Source: Octopus vulgaris (lineage: Eukaryota). Taken from it: 64,000 bases of DNA. The notes beneath the pieces were generated by a model that was not told the DNA's origin, searched no databases, and saw nothing but the letters and a program-made list of their open reading frames with translations. The translations under genes were made by a program, and so were the position numbers. Positions within the stretch are counted from its first letter, which is position 1. Each line of letters opens with the position of its first letter. Below are positions 28,168 through 42,295 of this stretch, one piece after another. The stretch lies in contig OX597815.1 of assembly GCA_951406725.2 (NCBI GenBank), positions 2,046,001 to 2,110,000 on the forward strand, written 5' to 3'.

Positions 28168-28680
28168 CCTCTTCTTCTTCTTCTTCTTCTTCTTCTTCTT
28201 CTTCTTCTTCTTCTTCTTCTTCTTCTTCTTCTTCTTCTTCTTCTTCTTCTCCTTCTTCTTCTTCTTCTTCTTCTTCTTCTTCTTCTTCTTCTTCTTTTCT
28301 TCTTCTTCTTCTTCTTCTTCTTCTTTTCCTCCTCCTCCTCCTCTTACACCTCTTCCTCCTCCCCTTCCTCCTCCTCCTCCTCCTCCTCCTCCTCCTCCTC
28401 CTCCTCCTCCTCCCCTTCTTCTTTTCTTTTTCTTTTCATCCTCCCCTTCTTCATCCTCCTCCTCCCTCTTCTTCTTCTTCTTCTTCTTCTTCTTTTTTCT
28501 TCTTCTTCTTCTTCTTCTTCTTTCTTGTTCTTCTTGTTCTTCTTGTTCTTGTTCTTCTTCTTCTTCTTTTCCTCCTCCCCCTCCTCCTCTTACTCCTACT
28601 CCTCCTCATCCTCCTGTTCCTGCTCCTGCTCCTGCTCCTCCTCCTCCTCTTCCTTCTTCTTCTTCTTCTTCTTCTTCTTC
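28168..28680. repeat. (CTT)/(CCT)n polypyrimidine tract
   Basis: Direct reading. Confidence 0.97.
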
Positions 28681-30137
28681 TATAAATGCATACATTTCTA
28701 CCGCGTGCTTTCTCTAGACTGAATAACAATAATGGCAGCAGCAACAACAACAACAACAACAACAAAAACATCATCAACTGCAACAACAACAAAAACATCA
28801 TTACTATAATCTTCATTACTGGTATTAGTCATAGTTGTTGTCGTAGTAGTAGTGGCGGCGGCGGCGGCGGCGGCGGTGAGGAAGGCGGACGATCGTGTGT
28901 CTGGATATTTCCACCGGGTCAATAGTATCCACGCTGTTGCACCACAACCGACTCCATTCAGAAATGCTTCGTTAAACAACGACTTAACTAATCGCGTCTG
29001 CTTCGTGTTGTTGTTGTTGTTATTATTTTTCTTTTTTTTCTTTTTCAATCTTCTATTTCGTTCATCCTTTCTGTGTTTTTCTTCGATATTATTTCTGATT
29101 ACATCATTCAGACATTCACAATGGCCGAATAATTAACATGTCAAACCATGCCAACTTAGTTCAAGTCATCGAGTACTGCGTTTTTATTGTAACCATTTCG
29201 ATTGGATAACATCAAAAGGCTTTTGATTGCGGCACAGAATCAAAGCCCTCCCCCCATCAGTCAAAGTAATGATGCTTATTACCTTGTTTTTATGTTTAAC
29301 TCTATTTTACTTATTGATATCTCAGTAATATTTCTTCCAGTCTTTTCATTTTCATGTCTGTCTGTTACCCAGTCTACTTCATCCATTCCTTAGTTTATAT
29401 TAGTCTGTTTTTGTCTTATTCTATTATCTCTGTTTCTTTATCTAAGATGACAATTAGTACTAATTTCTTCAAGGTTTCTGATCCGAGTCGCATCCATTCC
29501 TCTTTTAAATCTGTGCACTCTCTGTGGCAGTGTTTCTAGTTCCTCCTCATTTACAAATAGAAGTCACCTCTTTACGAAAGACAGATGATTGACCGGCATA
29601 TCGTTTACATTCTTATCTTCAAGTGAAACAGAACATAACAGTGGCGATCTTGTTGAATGTTCCTCAGATAAAAAGGGGACATACCGATATACTATAATAA
29701 TTCCAACTTGCGCACCAGCAGAAGGATTTGCCATTTAACAATGGCATGTTCGATATATATGTATAAGAGTGTATTTATAGAAATGTACACACATAAGGCA
29801 GTATATACATAAAAGTGTATATTTATAAATAAGATTATGCATATGTAAAAGAGTATACATATATAAAAGTTCACAAATATAAAAGTCTATACATATAAAC
29901 ATGTATATACATACATACAGAAATTACGAGTTAGAGGTTATGCAACCGTCTAAGGGATAACTGTATCCGTAAGCACGACAGGTGTATTACCTAATTATGT
30001 ATAGGCCTTACTGTAAGGTTAACAGTTGTTGGTAATTTAAAGGGTAAACCGTGGTCTAATATATTCAGGTAAGAGAAGAAATAGAGCACCATGTAACAAT
30101 TAGATGTTGATCATTAGGATTGAATGATCATAGCTTA

Positions 30138-30579
30138 ATTATAGTTAAGATAATGTTTGCAGCTGTTTCAGTTTGTTATTGTTGAGGTAAACTTGCGTAT
30201 ATTTAGAGAATAAGAATTTCTCTTGATGTAAGCATGCTCTGTTTTTCTCGTTTCGTTTATTAAGTAATTCTGATTTGGCCATTAAAATGAAGAATATTTC
30301 ATTTATGCATAAATTGTAGCGTTTATATTTAAGGTTATATGAAGATGCTTTGGCTAGGATTCTCTAAATACATAACGAACCGTTTCCTTTTTTTCCTTTT
30401 CCGTTTCCTTTTCGTTTTTCTTTTTTTTTTCTCCAGTCAACCTTCGATCTCCTGTCAATATTCCTCTGGTAAACTTCAAAATCATTCTCATGATGTTTGT
30501 TACATGGAACGAGATAAACGCAAGTTTACCTAAAAAGGGATAAACTGAAACAGCTGTAAATGTTATCTTAACCATAATT
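30138..30579. mobile_element. Element with ~40-bp inverted ends containing gaaacagctg (Penelope-type inverted terminal structure, decayed)
   Basis: aattatagttaagataatgtttgcagctgtttcagttt vs aaactgaaacagctgtaaatgttatcttaaccataatt. Confidence 0.5.
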
Positions 30580-30607
30580 GTTACATATTGCTAAATTTAT
30601 TCTTTTA

Positions 30608-31215
<608 letters not shown>

Positions 31216-31559
31216 CCAACCAAATTCACAGAAATGTCAATGTAAAAAGGGAAAACAGATTAGGTTTATCCGTGAAAAGAAAAGCCTACGGAAACACCAC
31301 GGTAACCTTGGGCAAAAATGTCATACAAAAAGCACATTACAGTAAATGTCTCTCTTTTCCCTTTCTTTCTTTCGTTCATAGGATCATGCTCAATGTGGCT
31401 TCGTCATTCATACGTGCCATCCTTGCTACATTCACTGATCTTTTTTTTAAAACATTCGCTAGTGATACTTGAAGAAGTTGATGAGAGATTGACCAGAGAG
31501 GAAAGTGTTTGTCTCTAATCCTTTCAGACGCGTCCACCAGATACATTCTTTCGCCATAG

Positions 31560-34090
31560 TTGGTGGTGGTCGTGGCAGAGTTGTCCGTAGTAGTCGTTTG
31601 ACTGTGAAGCTGTCGTCTGGATTCTTCCAATTCTTCGTGTGTCGGCGTCCATGCTCGCACCTGCACCTGTCTTGCTCCTCCCCTTCTTTCCCTCCCTCGT
31701 GAAGCAGTGGGGAAGGGGAGGGTAGGGAAAACACACGTCGTAAGCGTTGCCAAGGAGACCACCGTTCTTGTCGAAGAACGACTTCATGGCTTTGAAGTCG
31801 CCATGCTCAAAGCAGAGAATGGCGAGGAAAGCCGAAGACGAATTTACAAAATGGGGAAACACGCCACACAAAGGCAGGTTTCCCGTGCAAAGAATTGGCA
31901 CAACCGAATGTATTTATTGGTTGTTGCACAATAGACGCCATTGATTAGTTGAAATTGCAGAAGAAAAAACAGCAAATATCTTAGAAACTCTAGAATTTTC
32001 TGAATAAAGCCAAGAGAAAAAAATGTTTTATTTTGACAGATTCTACAAGAATACGAAGTTTAGAATTTTTTTGAGAAGAACGGTGGTCTCCATGACAACG
32101 CTTCACAGGTGCAGGTGTGAGCCTGGACGCCGACACACGGAAAATTGGTGGTGGTGGTTGTGGTGGTGGTGGTGGTGGTGGTGGTGGTGGTGGTGGTGAT
32201 GGTGGTGGTGGTAGAGTTGGTGATGATGGTGATGGTGGTGGTGGTGGAGTTGGTGATGATGGTGGTGGTTATGGTGGTGGTGGTGGTGGTGGTGGTGGCG
32301 GTGGTGATGGTGGTGGTGGTAGAGTTGGTGGTGGTGGAGTTGGTGGTGGTGATGGTGGTGGTGGTGGTGTTGGTAATGGTGGTGATGGTGATGGTGATGG
32401 TGGTGATGGTGGTGGTGGTGATGGTGGTGGTGGTGGTGGCGGCGGCGGCGATGGTGGTGGTGATGGTGGTGGTGATGGTGATGGTGATGGTGATGGTGGT
32501 GATGGTGGTAGTGGTGATGGTGGTGGTGGTGGTGATGGTGGCGGCGATGGTGGTGGTGATGGTGGTGGTGATGGTGGTGGTGATGGTGGTGATGGTGGTG
32601 GTGGTGATGGTGGTGGTGGTGGTGGTGGTGGCGGCGATGGTGGTGGTGATGATGGCGGCGATGGTGGTGGTGATGGTGGTGGTGATGGTGGTGGTGGTGG
32701 TGGTGATGGTGGTGGTGGTGGTGGTGGTGGTGGTGGTGGTGGAGTTGGTGGAGTTTGTGATGATGGTGATAGTGGTGGTGGTGATGGTGGTGGTGGTGGT
32801 GGTGATGGTGATGATGGTGGTGGTGGTGGTGGCGGTGGTGATGGTGGTGGTGGTGGAGTTGGTGGTGGTGGTGGTGGTGGTGGAGGTGGAGTTGGTGGTG
32901 GTGGTGGTGATGGTGGTGGTGGTGGTGGTGGCAGTGGTGGTGGTGGTGGCGGTGGCGGTGATGGTGGTGGTGGTGGTGGTGGTGGTGGTGATGGTGATGG
33001 TGGTGGTGGTGGTGGTGGCGGCGATGGTGGTGGTGATGGTGGTGGTGGTGGTGATGGTGGCGGCGATGGTGGTGGTGATGGTGGTGGTGGTGGTGGTGGT
33101 GGTGGTGGTGGTGGTGGTGGTGATGGTAGTGCTGGTGGTGGTGGTAGTGGTGGTGGCGGCGATGGTGGTGTTGGTGGTGATGGTGGTGGTGGTCGTGTTG
33201 GTGTTGGTGTTGGTGGTGGTGGTGATAGTGGTGGTGGTAGTGGTGGTGGTGGTAGTGGTGTTGGTGGTAGTGGTGGTGGTGGTGGTGGTGGTAGTGGTGG
33301 TGGCGGCGATGGTGGTGGTGGTGGTGGTGTTGCTTGTGGTGGTTGTGGTGGTGGTGGTGGTGGTGGTGGTGGTGGTGGTGGTGGTGGTGGTGGTGGTGAT
33401 GGTGGTGGTGGTGGTGATGGTGGTGATGGTGGAGTTGTTTGTGGTGGTGGTGGTGATATGGTGGTGGTGGAGTTGGTAGTGGTCGTGGTGGTGGAGTTGG
33501 TGGTGGTGATGGTGGTGATGGTGGTGGTGGTGGAGTTGGTGATGGTGGTGGTGGTGGTGGTGGTGGTGGTGGTGGTAGTGGTGGCTGAGTTGGTGGTGGT
33601 GCTGATGGCGGTGGTGATGGTGGTGGTGATGGTGGTGATGGTGGTGGCGGCGGCGATGGTGACGGCGATGGTGGTGGTGATGTTGGTAGTGATGGTGGTG
33701 CTGGTGAGGGTGCTGGTGGTCGTGGTAGAGTTGTCCGTAGTAGTCGTTTGACTGTGAAGCAGTCGTCTGGGTACTTCCAATTCTTCGTGTGTCGGCGTCC
33801 ATGCTCGCACCTGCACCTGTCTTGCTCCTCCCCTTCTTTCCCTCCCTCGTGAAGCTGTGGGGAAGGGGAGGATGAGGGAAAGCACACGTCGTAAGCGTTG
33901 CCAAGGAGACCACCGTTCTTCTCGAAGAACGACTTCATGGCTTTGAAGTCGCCATGCTCAAAGCAGAGAATGGCGAGGAAAGCCGAAGACGAATTTACAA
34001 AATGGGGAAACACGCCACACAAAGGCAGGTTTCCCGTGCAAAGAATTGGCACAACCGAATGTATTTTGTATTTATTAGTTGTTGCACAAC
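31560..34090. repeat. ~370-bp direct repeat (31560-31930 and 33715-34090) bracketing an inverted partial copy and a 1.6-kb (GGT)n-derived tract (32147-33720)
   Basis: Near-identical copies read directly; 32072-32148 is the reverse complement of two sub-blocks. Confidence 0.9.
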
Positions 34091-34342
34091 TTTTACATAA
34101 AAAATATTATCCAAACACAAACTTTTGAAGACAATAAAAAGGCAAACTTACTACTATATAGTAGCCCTTTGGCTGCTATTTCTAAAATTTTCGATATGTG
34201 GTCAAGCAACTTGTTGCAAAAACCCTTATTATTATAATTATATAAGTTTTTCACCGAATATGGTCTTTTTCCATACCGAAATACTACTAGGTGAAATTTG
34301 TTGATTTTATTAAATTAATTATATTTCACCCTATATCTGTAA

Positions 34343-34391
<49 letters not shown>

Positions 34392-34395
<4 letters not shown>

Positions 34396-34595
34396 ATCCA
34401 AACAGGAAAGCACAAAAAAACACAACAACGCGAGGACGTGGAGCAAATATAGTATTATTGGACGCTCAGGAAAGAAGGAAAGAAGGAGGGTTTAACGTTT
34501 CGAGCGGAGCTCTTCGTCGGAAACATAGGAGAAGGAAAGATCCAGAGAAGGGAAGACAGAGGGAAAAAATCGCCAACGGTACACCCGAGGTCACA
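34392..34595 (-). mobile_element. Penelope-like terminal repeat with hammerhead-like motif (34490-34524)
   Basis: Minus strand GTTT CCGACGA A GAGC tcc GCTC GAAA CG TT AAAC; flanked by (TA)n. Confidence 0.65.
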
Positions 34596-34624
34596 TTTTG
34601 ATATATATATGTATATATACACAA

Positions 34625-34665
<41 letters not shown>

Positions 34666-34699
34666 CATATATATATATATATATATGAGAGAGAGATAT

Positions 34700-34737
<38 letters not shown>

Positions 34738-35329
34738 ATATAGATATATATTCATATATTCAAAGATGCGTATGAATATCAGAAGAAATATATATATATA
34801 TATATACATACACACACACATACATATATATTATACTCACACACACACATTTTTCCATGCATACATACATGTGTGTGTTTAATGCAACTTTGTATACATG
34901 AACAACTGACGTAAGCTGCATGTAATATGAAAGCCTGCACATGCTCCCCCCCGCTATATATACACACACATACGCACACCCCCACATATATGTATACACA
35001 CACACACACACACAAAATTCAACCATCCGTAAACACATAAGGAAATAATCCCAATCTAGTCCTTTCCCTCTAGGGAACGAAGGCGCATGTGTAGGTTGCA
35101 ATGTCTTCTCTTCACTCCCAAATAACTATCAAACAGCTATCGATAATTCAACCCAACCAATTGCGTCCCCTAGACAGTCTGTGGTTTGTGTTTAATACAC
35201 AAATCGGTTTGCTATGTGTGCCACATATGATTTAATTAACCGATTTTTTCCAGTAATAAAGTATCATATTGGAATAAAAAGGGCCATATAGCTCCTTGGA
35301 CCAGACATGATGCTCGCTGTGAATTTTAA

Positions 35330-35777
35330 TAAAATTCCTTCCAATTTGTGAAAGATATTGTCGAAAATATGTCATCTTGAATTTGAACGCGATTTCCCAA
35401 AATGGCATGATTTTATCGATTTTTTCTGATGGTAAGGTATTGCATGGAAAACTAACGCCAGAATTAAGTTTCTTAGGGTAACATTAAGCTTCACCATGAG
35501 TTTGGTGAAAATCGATTGCAAGTTGCGAAAACTACAACAGAAAATGTGTTGCATATAAAAAGCTTAGATTCTCGACCCCATGTCGAATTTATCGATTTTT
35601 TTCAGAACTGGGGGAACTTTTCAAAATTTTCGCTGCGTTAGTTTTGAATTATGACATTGGGCTATGTGTGTGTCAAGTTTCATCAGAATCGGTTGAAAGC
35701 CGTGGTCAGGGTCAGGGTACAACCTGACAGACACACAGACACACAGACAGACAAACTGCCGTTTATATATAGAGAGA
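35330..35777 (-). mobile_element. Helitron-like 5' portion
   Basis: Minus strand A|TCTCTCTATATATAAAcggcagtttgtctgtctg...ccgattctgatgaaactt; 3' end not located. Confidence 0.7.
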
Positions 35778-35870
35778 TACATACATACATACATACATAC
35801 ATACATACATACATACCTAATATGTATATATAAACACACACAAATATAGACTTACATATTTATTCTGTGC

Positions 35871-35904
<34 letters not shown>

Positions 35905-35956
35905 CATTTCATTACTTCTAGTTTCAACTCACGAGCTGTGGCCATGCTGAGGCACC

Positions 35957-35987
<31 letters not shown>

Positions 35988-36014
35988 CTATATCTATATC
36001 TATATCTATATCTC

Positions 36015-36074
<60 letters not shown>

Positions 36075-36412
36075 AATACACACACACAGATATATGGACA
36101 TATACATGTACATAAATATACATATATAACCCTACATGCTATCCTACCCCCCCAACCTCACGACCGATATCTTGTCCACCATGCTGTCGATTTCCTATTC
36201 ACCATGCTGTATTTTCCATCTAACTACTGTCGCTAAATACCAGCATCAATACCGCGTGACTTTTCTCGACCAATCGCAGGCTAACGTCGAGTAATATGCC
36301 TTGACTCTCTTCAATCGAACCCTCATTCAGACTCCAATGACCGAAGACTAGCCACGTGCTTGAAACTCAGAGTACCAAGGATTCTGAATCAAACTGCTTT
36401 GATCCATATATA

Positions 36413-37232
36413 CAGGGTGCGGGGAATAAATTGTCGTCTAAATTACGCAAAAATGAAAATAACACTGACATCTCATTTTAACAGATATATTTATTGAATA
36501 AAATTACCATTGGCTTCAACCACAACCTCCAGACGACTTCGGAATCTCCAGTAACTCTTCTGGACGGTCTCCTTGTTTAAGTTAGTGAATTCTGCCATAA
36601 TCCTTGCCTTCGTGTTACAAGGAGTTTTGTTGAGCTCTCGCTCAACTGCGTCCCACACATAATAATCAAGGGGGTTGCAGTCTGGGGAGTTAGGTGGCCA
36701 GATGTTAGGGGTGATGTGGTCACAAAAATTGTCTGACAGCTATTACTAGGTTCTCCTCCTTGTGTGACATGGTGCAGAGTTCTGTTACCAGACAAGGTCT
36801 TCCAGCGGCCAAGCTCTTGATCCAGAGCAGTATTACCTCCTCTAGGCATTTGAAGTAAGTCTCCGTGTTGAGTTTGAGGCTGTGTGGGAAGATGAATGGA
36901 GGCATAACGTCGTCATCACTAGTGACCACTCCAAACACCATGATGTTGACTGGATGTTAGATTTTTATCACTCTCGGTTACATGTCCTCAGATTGCACTG
37001 TCCTCAGATTGGCACCCAAACTCTGAAATGTTCGTTTAGGAGCTTCCGGTGCGAATACCAAACAGTCATTTCCAAATTTATGCTAGAGTGAATTGCGACA
37101 TGATTCTGTTTTTCTCACAGACGGTGCCTAACTGACTCTACTATGCTGTGCAGTCGACAAATTCAAGAACAAACAATGCGTATGCGCGAAATTAAAAATA
37201 TAAAATGGCGACAATGTACCCATCGCATCCTG
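36413..37232 (-). mobile_element. Tc1/mariner element, maT (DD37D)-like, internally deleted
   Basis: TIRs cagggtgcggggaataaattgtcg / cgacaatgtacccatcgcatcctg with TA flanks; WPPNSPDCNPLDYYVW. Confidence 0.85.
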
Positions 37233-37259
37233 TATATATATATATATATAAATATATAT

Positions 37260-37429
37260 AGGGAGAGTTCACGAAAAAGACGTAAGACGAAGAGATAGGT
37301 GGTGTAGAAAACAAACAGATGTATTAGTATAACGCTCAGGAATGGAAAAGGCCTTTTACATTTCGAGCATACGCTCTTCTACAGAAAGGGACACAGAAAA
37401 AACAAAGAGAGAAACAAGGAGAGAAAAAA

Positions 37430-37430
<1 letters not shown>
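37260..37430 (-). mobile_element. Penelope-like terminal repeat with hammerhead-like motif
   Basis: Minus strand ctgtagaagagcgtatgctcgaaatgtaaaag; same family as 41130, 53312, 55400. Confidence 0.65.
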
Positions 37431-37482
<52 letters not shown>

Positions 37483-37710
37483 CACACAACCACACAAACA
37501 CATATGTGTAAGTGTATCAATATAAGAGATTCTCTCGTATATAAATATATGAATATACAAAAATGTATGTCTAGAGAGGTGTATTCGTGTATATATATGA
37601 ATATATATATCACTAAATGCGACTTGGGTGTTCGGAAATACCTACATTGCTGGAAATAAGAGCTATCTTCGATATATTCCTGGATTACAGACAATTTTGT
37701 TTACTATCGG

Positions 37711-37960
37711 ATGGCTGATCTAAGTTGGCAACCAGAATAAGCCGTGGAGGGTCCTTCTTCGGCGGATCGCAGTGAAGCTCTCCTGAGCAGTGGAGTGCTT
37801 CCGATTCTCAACGACGAGTAAGTTGGAAAAACGAATGAGAATTGGTTATCCAAATACCCGTCTGATACCGGCTCAATTAATTTGGACAATAGGCTCACTA
37901 GTTTGAACTGGCTTCAGAGCTTATAGATTCTTCGGGTACCAAATGCGTCGCCGTCTTTGA
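37711..37960 (+). pseudogene. FoxJ1: FoxJ1-like forkhead factor N-terminal fragment with three in-frame stops; no forkhead domain follows
   Basis: Manual translation: MADLSWQPE*...VLPILNDE*VGKTNENWLSKYPSDTGSINLDNRLTSLNWLQSL*ILRVP; matches the FoxJ1 motif LDDSLTSLQWLQ.F.IL from memory. Confidence 0.65.
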
Positions 37961-38146
37961 AACTGAATCTGCGCAGGTTCCGGCCACGTCGATGGAACGT
38001 AGTGGAGGAGTATCCGAAGAAGCTGACGACAATGGAGTTTTACGGTTCAAGATGATGGGAAACCAGACTCTAGATTAAAATACTGCCATTTTATGTATCT
38101 AAACAATTCCAAAAACACAAATAAGCATCAGACAATTGATTTTATA

Positions 38147-38194
<48 letters not shown>

Positions 38195-38719
38195 CTCAGT
38201 AAAATTTAGATTCAGTTGAATATGGTACTTAAGTTAAAGGCACCAGAATTTAGTATGGTATTATCCATATAATTCAATATGGGGTGATTACAGCTTTAGC
38301 CTGCAAATTTTGGCTGAAATATATTCTTACTGAACTCGAATGGTTTCTACTTCAAAGAGACCTCGATTTATGACTCTGCCACTTAAACTGTCTTTTTTTA
38401 CTCTATCCATAAAAGATAGATTCTAGTTTCCATTAGACTTGATAAACTAGTCTACAGAATTAGATATACCCCGCCCCAGTAATAAGTCTAAATAACAAAG
38501 TGAAATCAATGATAAGCAGTATCTTCCTGTGAAAAAATATCAGTTACTATTATGATATTATTGATGAAACATGTCCTGTCTACTTATCCTCTTTTTGATT
38601 CTGGTTAATAGAATAACTATACAAATGAATCCCTTGAATTTAACTAAATTCTATATTTGTATGCAGCTGAAGATTGCTCTACATTTTAAAACTGATGTAA
38701 TATTTGCATTGTTCAATTA

Positions 38720-38986
38720 AATGGAGAAGCAAACAGGTGCAGCTGTGAGCGTGGACGCCAACTCCGCCGCCATCGACATACGATGCATTTTATGCATTAA
38801 AATGGAATAAAAAATGATGTTAAATTATTTTTAAAATCGTAGACTCATCGTTGACGCGCGCTAATAGTCAGACGGGCTCGATATGAATCACGACTATAAG
38901 ATACCCGAATTTGGTTAAACTGCACCGCAAAATGTGGGAGGAGTTAGGAATCTAAATCGAAGGGGACAGACACTCACACAACTAGA

Positions 38987-38995
<9 letters not shown>
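38720..38995 (-). mobile_element. Helitron 5' portion, same family as 16620
   Basis: aaatcgtagactcatcg..gcgcgctaata..gaatcacgactataagatacc..ggagttaggaatctaaatcg is the reverse complement of 16660-16790. Confidence 0.85.
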
Positions 38996-39056
<61 letters not shown>

Positions 39057-39116
39057 CAGATAAGAAAATGGAGAAACACATTAGTTGGTTTATCAGCTTT
39101 AGGATATTAGAATGTT

Positions 39117-39189
<73 letters not shown>

Positions 39190-40043
39190 GTAAAAGAGTA
39201 TATGTATTATATATATATATATACATAAATATGTAAACCTACACATGTAAAATGTATGTTTAGAAGTGCATACATATAAAATTATGTCATTCTATCTATG
39301 TGTATAGACAGTGTGTGTGTGTGTGCATATGGAGAGAAGAAGCGTGTTTCCACGCAGGAAAAGGTATAGGAGAATTTTGTTTTAGGGTTTGAAACTACAC
39401 CTGCATCTCAAATCTTGTTTTTTAAATTTTGTGAATAAATTTATTCACATACTGAACCGGTTTCGACCTTTTTTTTATTTTTGCTTATCAATGGTACAAA
39501 TAAATAAAAGGTTCAGCGGGGTTTAAAGTTACAAGGTAAAAATCGAAAACAAAACATGTTAAAACGAGCAAATGTTTACAGAATTTTCAATGAGATTCAC
39601 TGAGATAGATAGTAATACAAGTGTGAATATTCGGTGCAGATCTTAGCTAATGAACAGAAGAAAAAGTGGGGAAGAAAAAGAAAAAGGCGGAAAGAAAGAA
39701 ATTTTGATGTAATGCGTGTAATTGTTTTTCCAGTTTCAGTCGAAGTGCACGTGACTCTTCACCTTGTTAGTTTGTGAAGAGATCGAAATGTTATAAGTAT
39801 ACTAAAAGGATGCAAAAGTTAAAAGTATATACTAAAAGATTTGCATCTATAACATTTCCAAATCTTTGAACTTGAATAATCTATTACAAAATTTAAAAAC
39901 GACTACACGTTTTGAGTTTTAGGGGCATTTCCCAACCCCCAAACAAATTCTCTCTCTTATATATATATATATATATACACATATATATATACGCATACTT
40001 AAATATATATACATACATACTTACATACATACATACATGCATG

Positions 40044-40075
<32 letters not shown>

Positions 40076-40134
40076 CATACATACATACATACATACATAC
40101 ATACATACATACATACATACATACATACATACAC

Positions 40135-41300
40135 TCTTCTCCCCGGCACCCATCATCGACCCTATCATATCACCGACTCCTTCACCTGCACTTTGACCTA
40201 TGCCATCTACTGCATCTCCAGCTCTCTCTGCTCTTCTCTATACATCGGGCAAACGGGACACCGCTTGGCTGACGAGTTCACAGAACACCTCCGAGACATC
40301 CGACTCAGCAATGACACCCGGACTCGCGCCATTTCCGCTCTACCTGTCACTCTTTGCAACACCTGTCTGTGTTCGGATTGTCCTTGCACAGGGGCCATCC
40401 GGACTCCTGTTTGCGCCGTGAAGAAGTATTAATCTTCTCTCTTCACTCCTTTGCGCCCGATGGGTTCAACTCTCCTCCCCTCTTCATCTAAACTCCTCCC
40501 TTCTCCTCTCTTCCTCTCACGCCTACTTCCTCTCACCCACCTCTCCTCTCTTGCTCCGACTCCTACTTCTTCGCTTCACTCCTCCTCTCCTTCTATCTTC
40601 TCTTCACTCCTACCCACTTTCTCCCTTCCCCCTCTCCCTTCATCATCACCTCCTCCCTCGTAACCCCACCCCTACACAATCCAACCCCACATTCCCTATC
40701 CATCCCACCCCATCCCTTACACCCACTCCTACATACCCCACCTCTACCCTACCCTCAGCCTACGCAAATACTCCACTTCTACCCCCACCTTCAGCCTAAC
40801 CCACACCCAACCCTTTCCCCACTCTCCCCCATCCCAACACCATCACACCACACCACACACCACTACACTATACACCACCATACTACACAACACCACATCA
40901 CATCACACCACGCACACACCAGCACTGACCACTTTTCAGCCCCCACCATCATCTACACACTTACACATACTCACACGCACGCGTCAAGGTCACCAGCTCT
41001 ATTCCACACGCACATAAGGCTCTCTTATCGACACGCACGTGCACCTTCGTTTTGGGATCACCACTACTTTATTATCTCTCTTCCTAGCTCTCCTGTGTGA
41101 CCCCTTTGTCCGGCATTCACCATGATAGATTGCTAGCCACTACACATTCTTTGTTTTCTCTCCCTGTTTCTTTCTGTGTTCCTTTCTGTAGAAGAGCTTA
41201 GGCTCGAAACGTAAAAGACTGTTTCACTTCCCGAGCATTAAACTAATACATCTGTTTGTTGTCTACACCACCTGCCTTTGTCTTTTTTTTTGTGAATTCT
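40135..41300 (+). mobile_element. Penelope-like element 3' part: GIY-YIG endonuclease remnant, C-rich UTR, hammerhead-like terminal repeat
   Basis: FTC..AIYCISSSLCSSLYIGQTGHRLADEFTEH..; REEVLIFSL..APDGFN; motif at 41182-41218; ends at (TA)n. Confidence 0.85.
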
Positions 41301-41309
41301 ACCCCCACC

Positions 41310-41365
<56 letters not shown>

Positions 41366-42106
41366 ATGTATCACGTAAGCTGTTTGAATATTGATTAATT
41401 TTGTAAAAAAAGAACGAAAGAATTTTAGCACGTTCTTGTCGTTTATAGGAAAAAAATCGACCAGCCAATGATTAAAGCTCTTATACAGTGAGGTAGAAAA
41501 GTGTCAGTCATTATCGCCGTGAAAGGCTTTCCATCGTCCGATTTGGTGAATGGGCGTCGGTTCAGAAAGAACACGAGAAACTATGTACATAACTTGCAAG
41601 AGATTTACATACGTACGACAGTTATTTGAATATAGCATCACACATGAGATAGCGAACAGGATTGGTAAGGGTCTTCATTGCATTAAATATTTTTGCTATT
41701 TATATGAAAATCTTTCATGATTATTAAATACAGAATAAAAGTGTGAGAGCCGCCTTATCATGAAGCTAATCAGCAGAGATCCGTGTAGCACCTGTATGAG
41801 TGTTCAATATCTTAACTTTTTATTACTTTTAGCAAAACTTCTAGAACTTTCGGATGAACTACTTCACGGAAAATTTTCTAAAACTTACTTCGAAGTCTAT
41901 CGCTTATCTGATTATCTGTCAGTTTATCTGATTTGTTGAACCACGTTTACGAAGGTGTTAATATCTTTGGGGACAAAGTTAATTTCTTATAACGAGCCTT
42001 TATCATCTACGGCAATATAATTAGGGCGTATTCTAAATTAGGGATCCGAGCTAGATGGTTCAAAACTAGACAGAAGCCTTCCTACAGATTACAAATCCTG
42101 AATATC

Positions 42107-42295
42107 TTTTATCTTTTATCTGTTTTAGCCATAAGACTTCGGCCATGCTGGAGCACCGCCTTGAAGACTCTTAGCCAAACAAATCGATCTCAGCATTCGT
42201 TTGTTTTTAAGCTTGGTACATATTCTATTGGACTCTTGCAAAACCGCTAAGCTATAGGGATGTAAACACACCAACACAGGTTTTAAGTGGTTGTC
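42107..42295 (-). mobile_element. SINE family B 3' half
   Basis: cggccatgctggagcaccgccttgaag. Confidence 0.7.

Noticed and set aside
32060-34052. Gly-, His-, Pro-, Thr- and Val-rich ORFs resembling structural proteins
   Set aside because: Five frames are open simply because (GGT)n lacks stops; no signal peptide or other coding support; flanks are repeat-derived
37711-37930. A-to-I editing rescuing the FoxJ1-like stops
   Set aside because: Editing would give Trp, which does not fit the homologous positions as I recall them, and the forkhead domain is missing anyway
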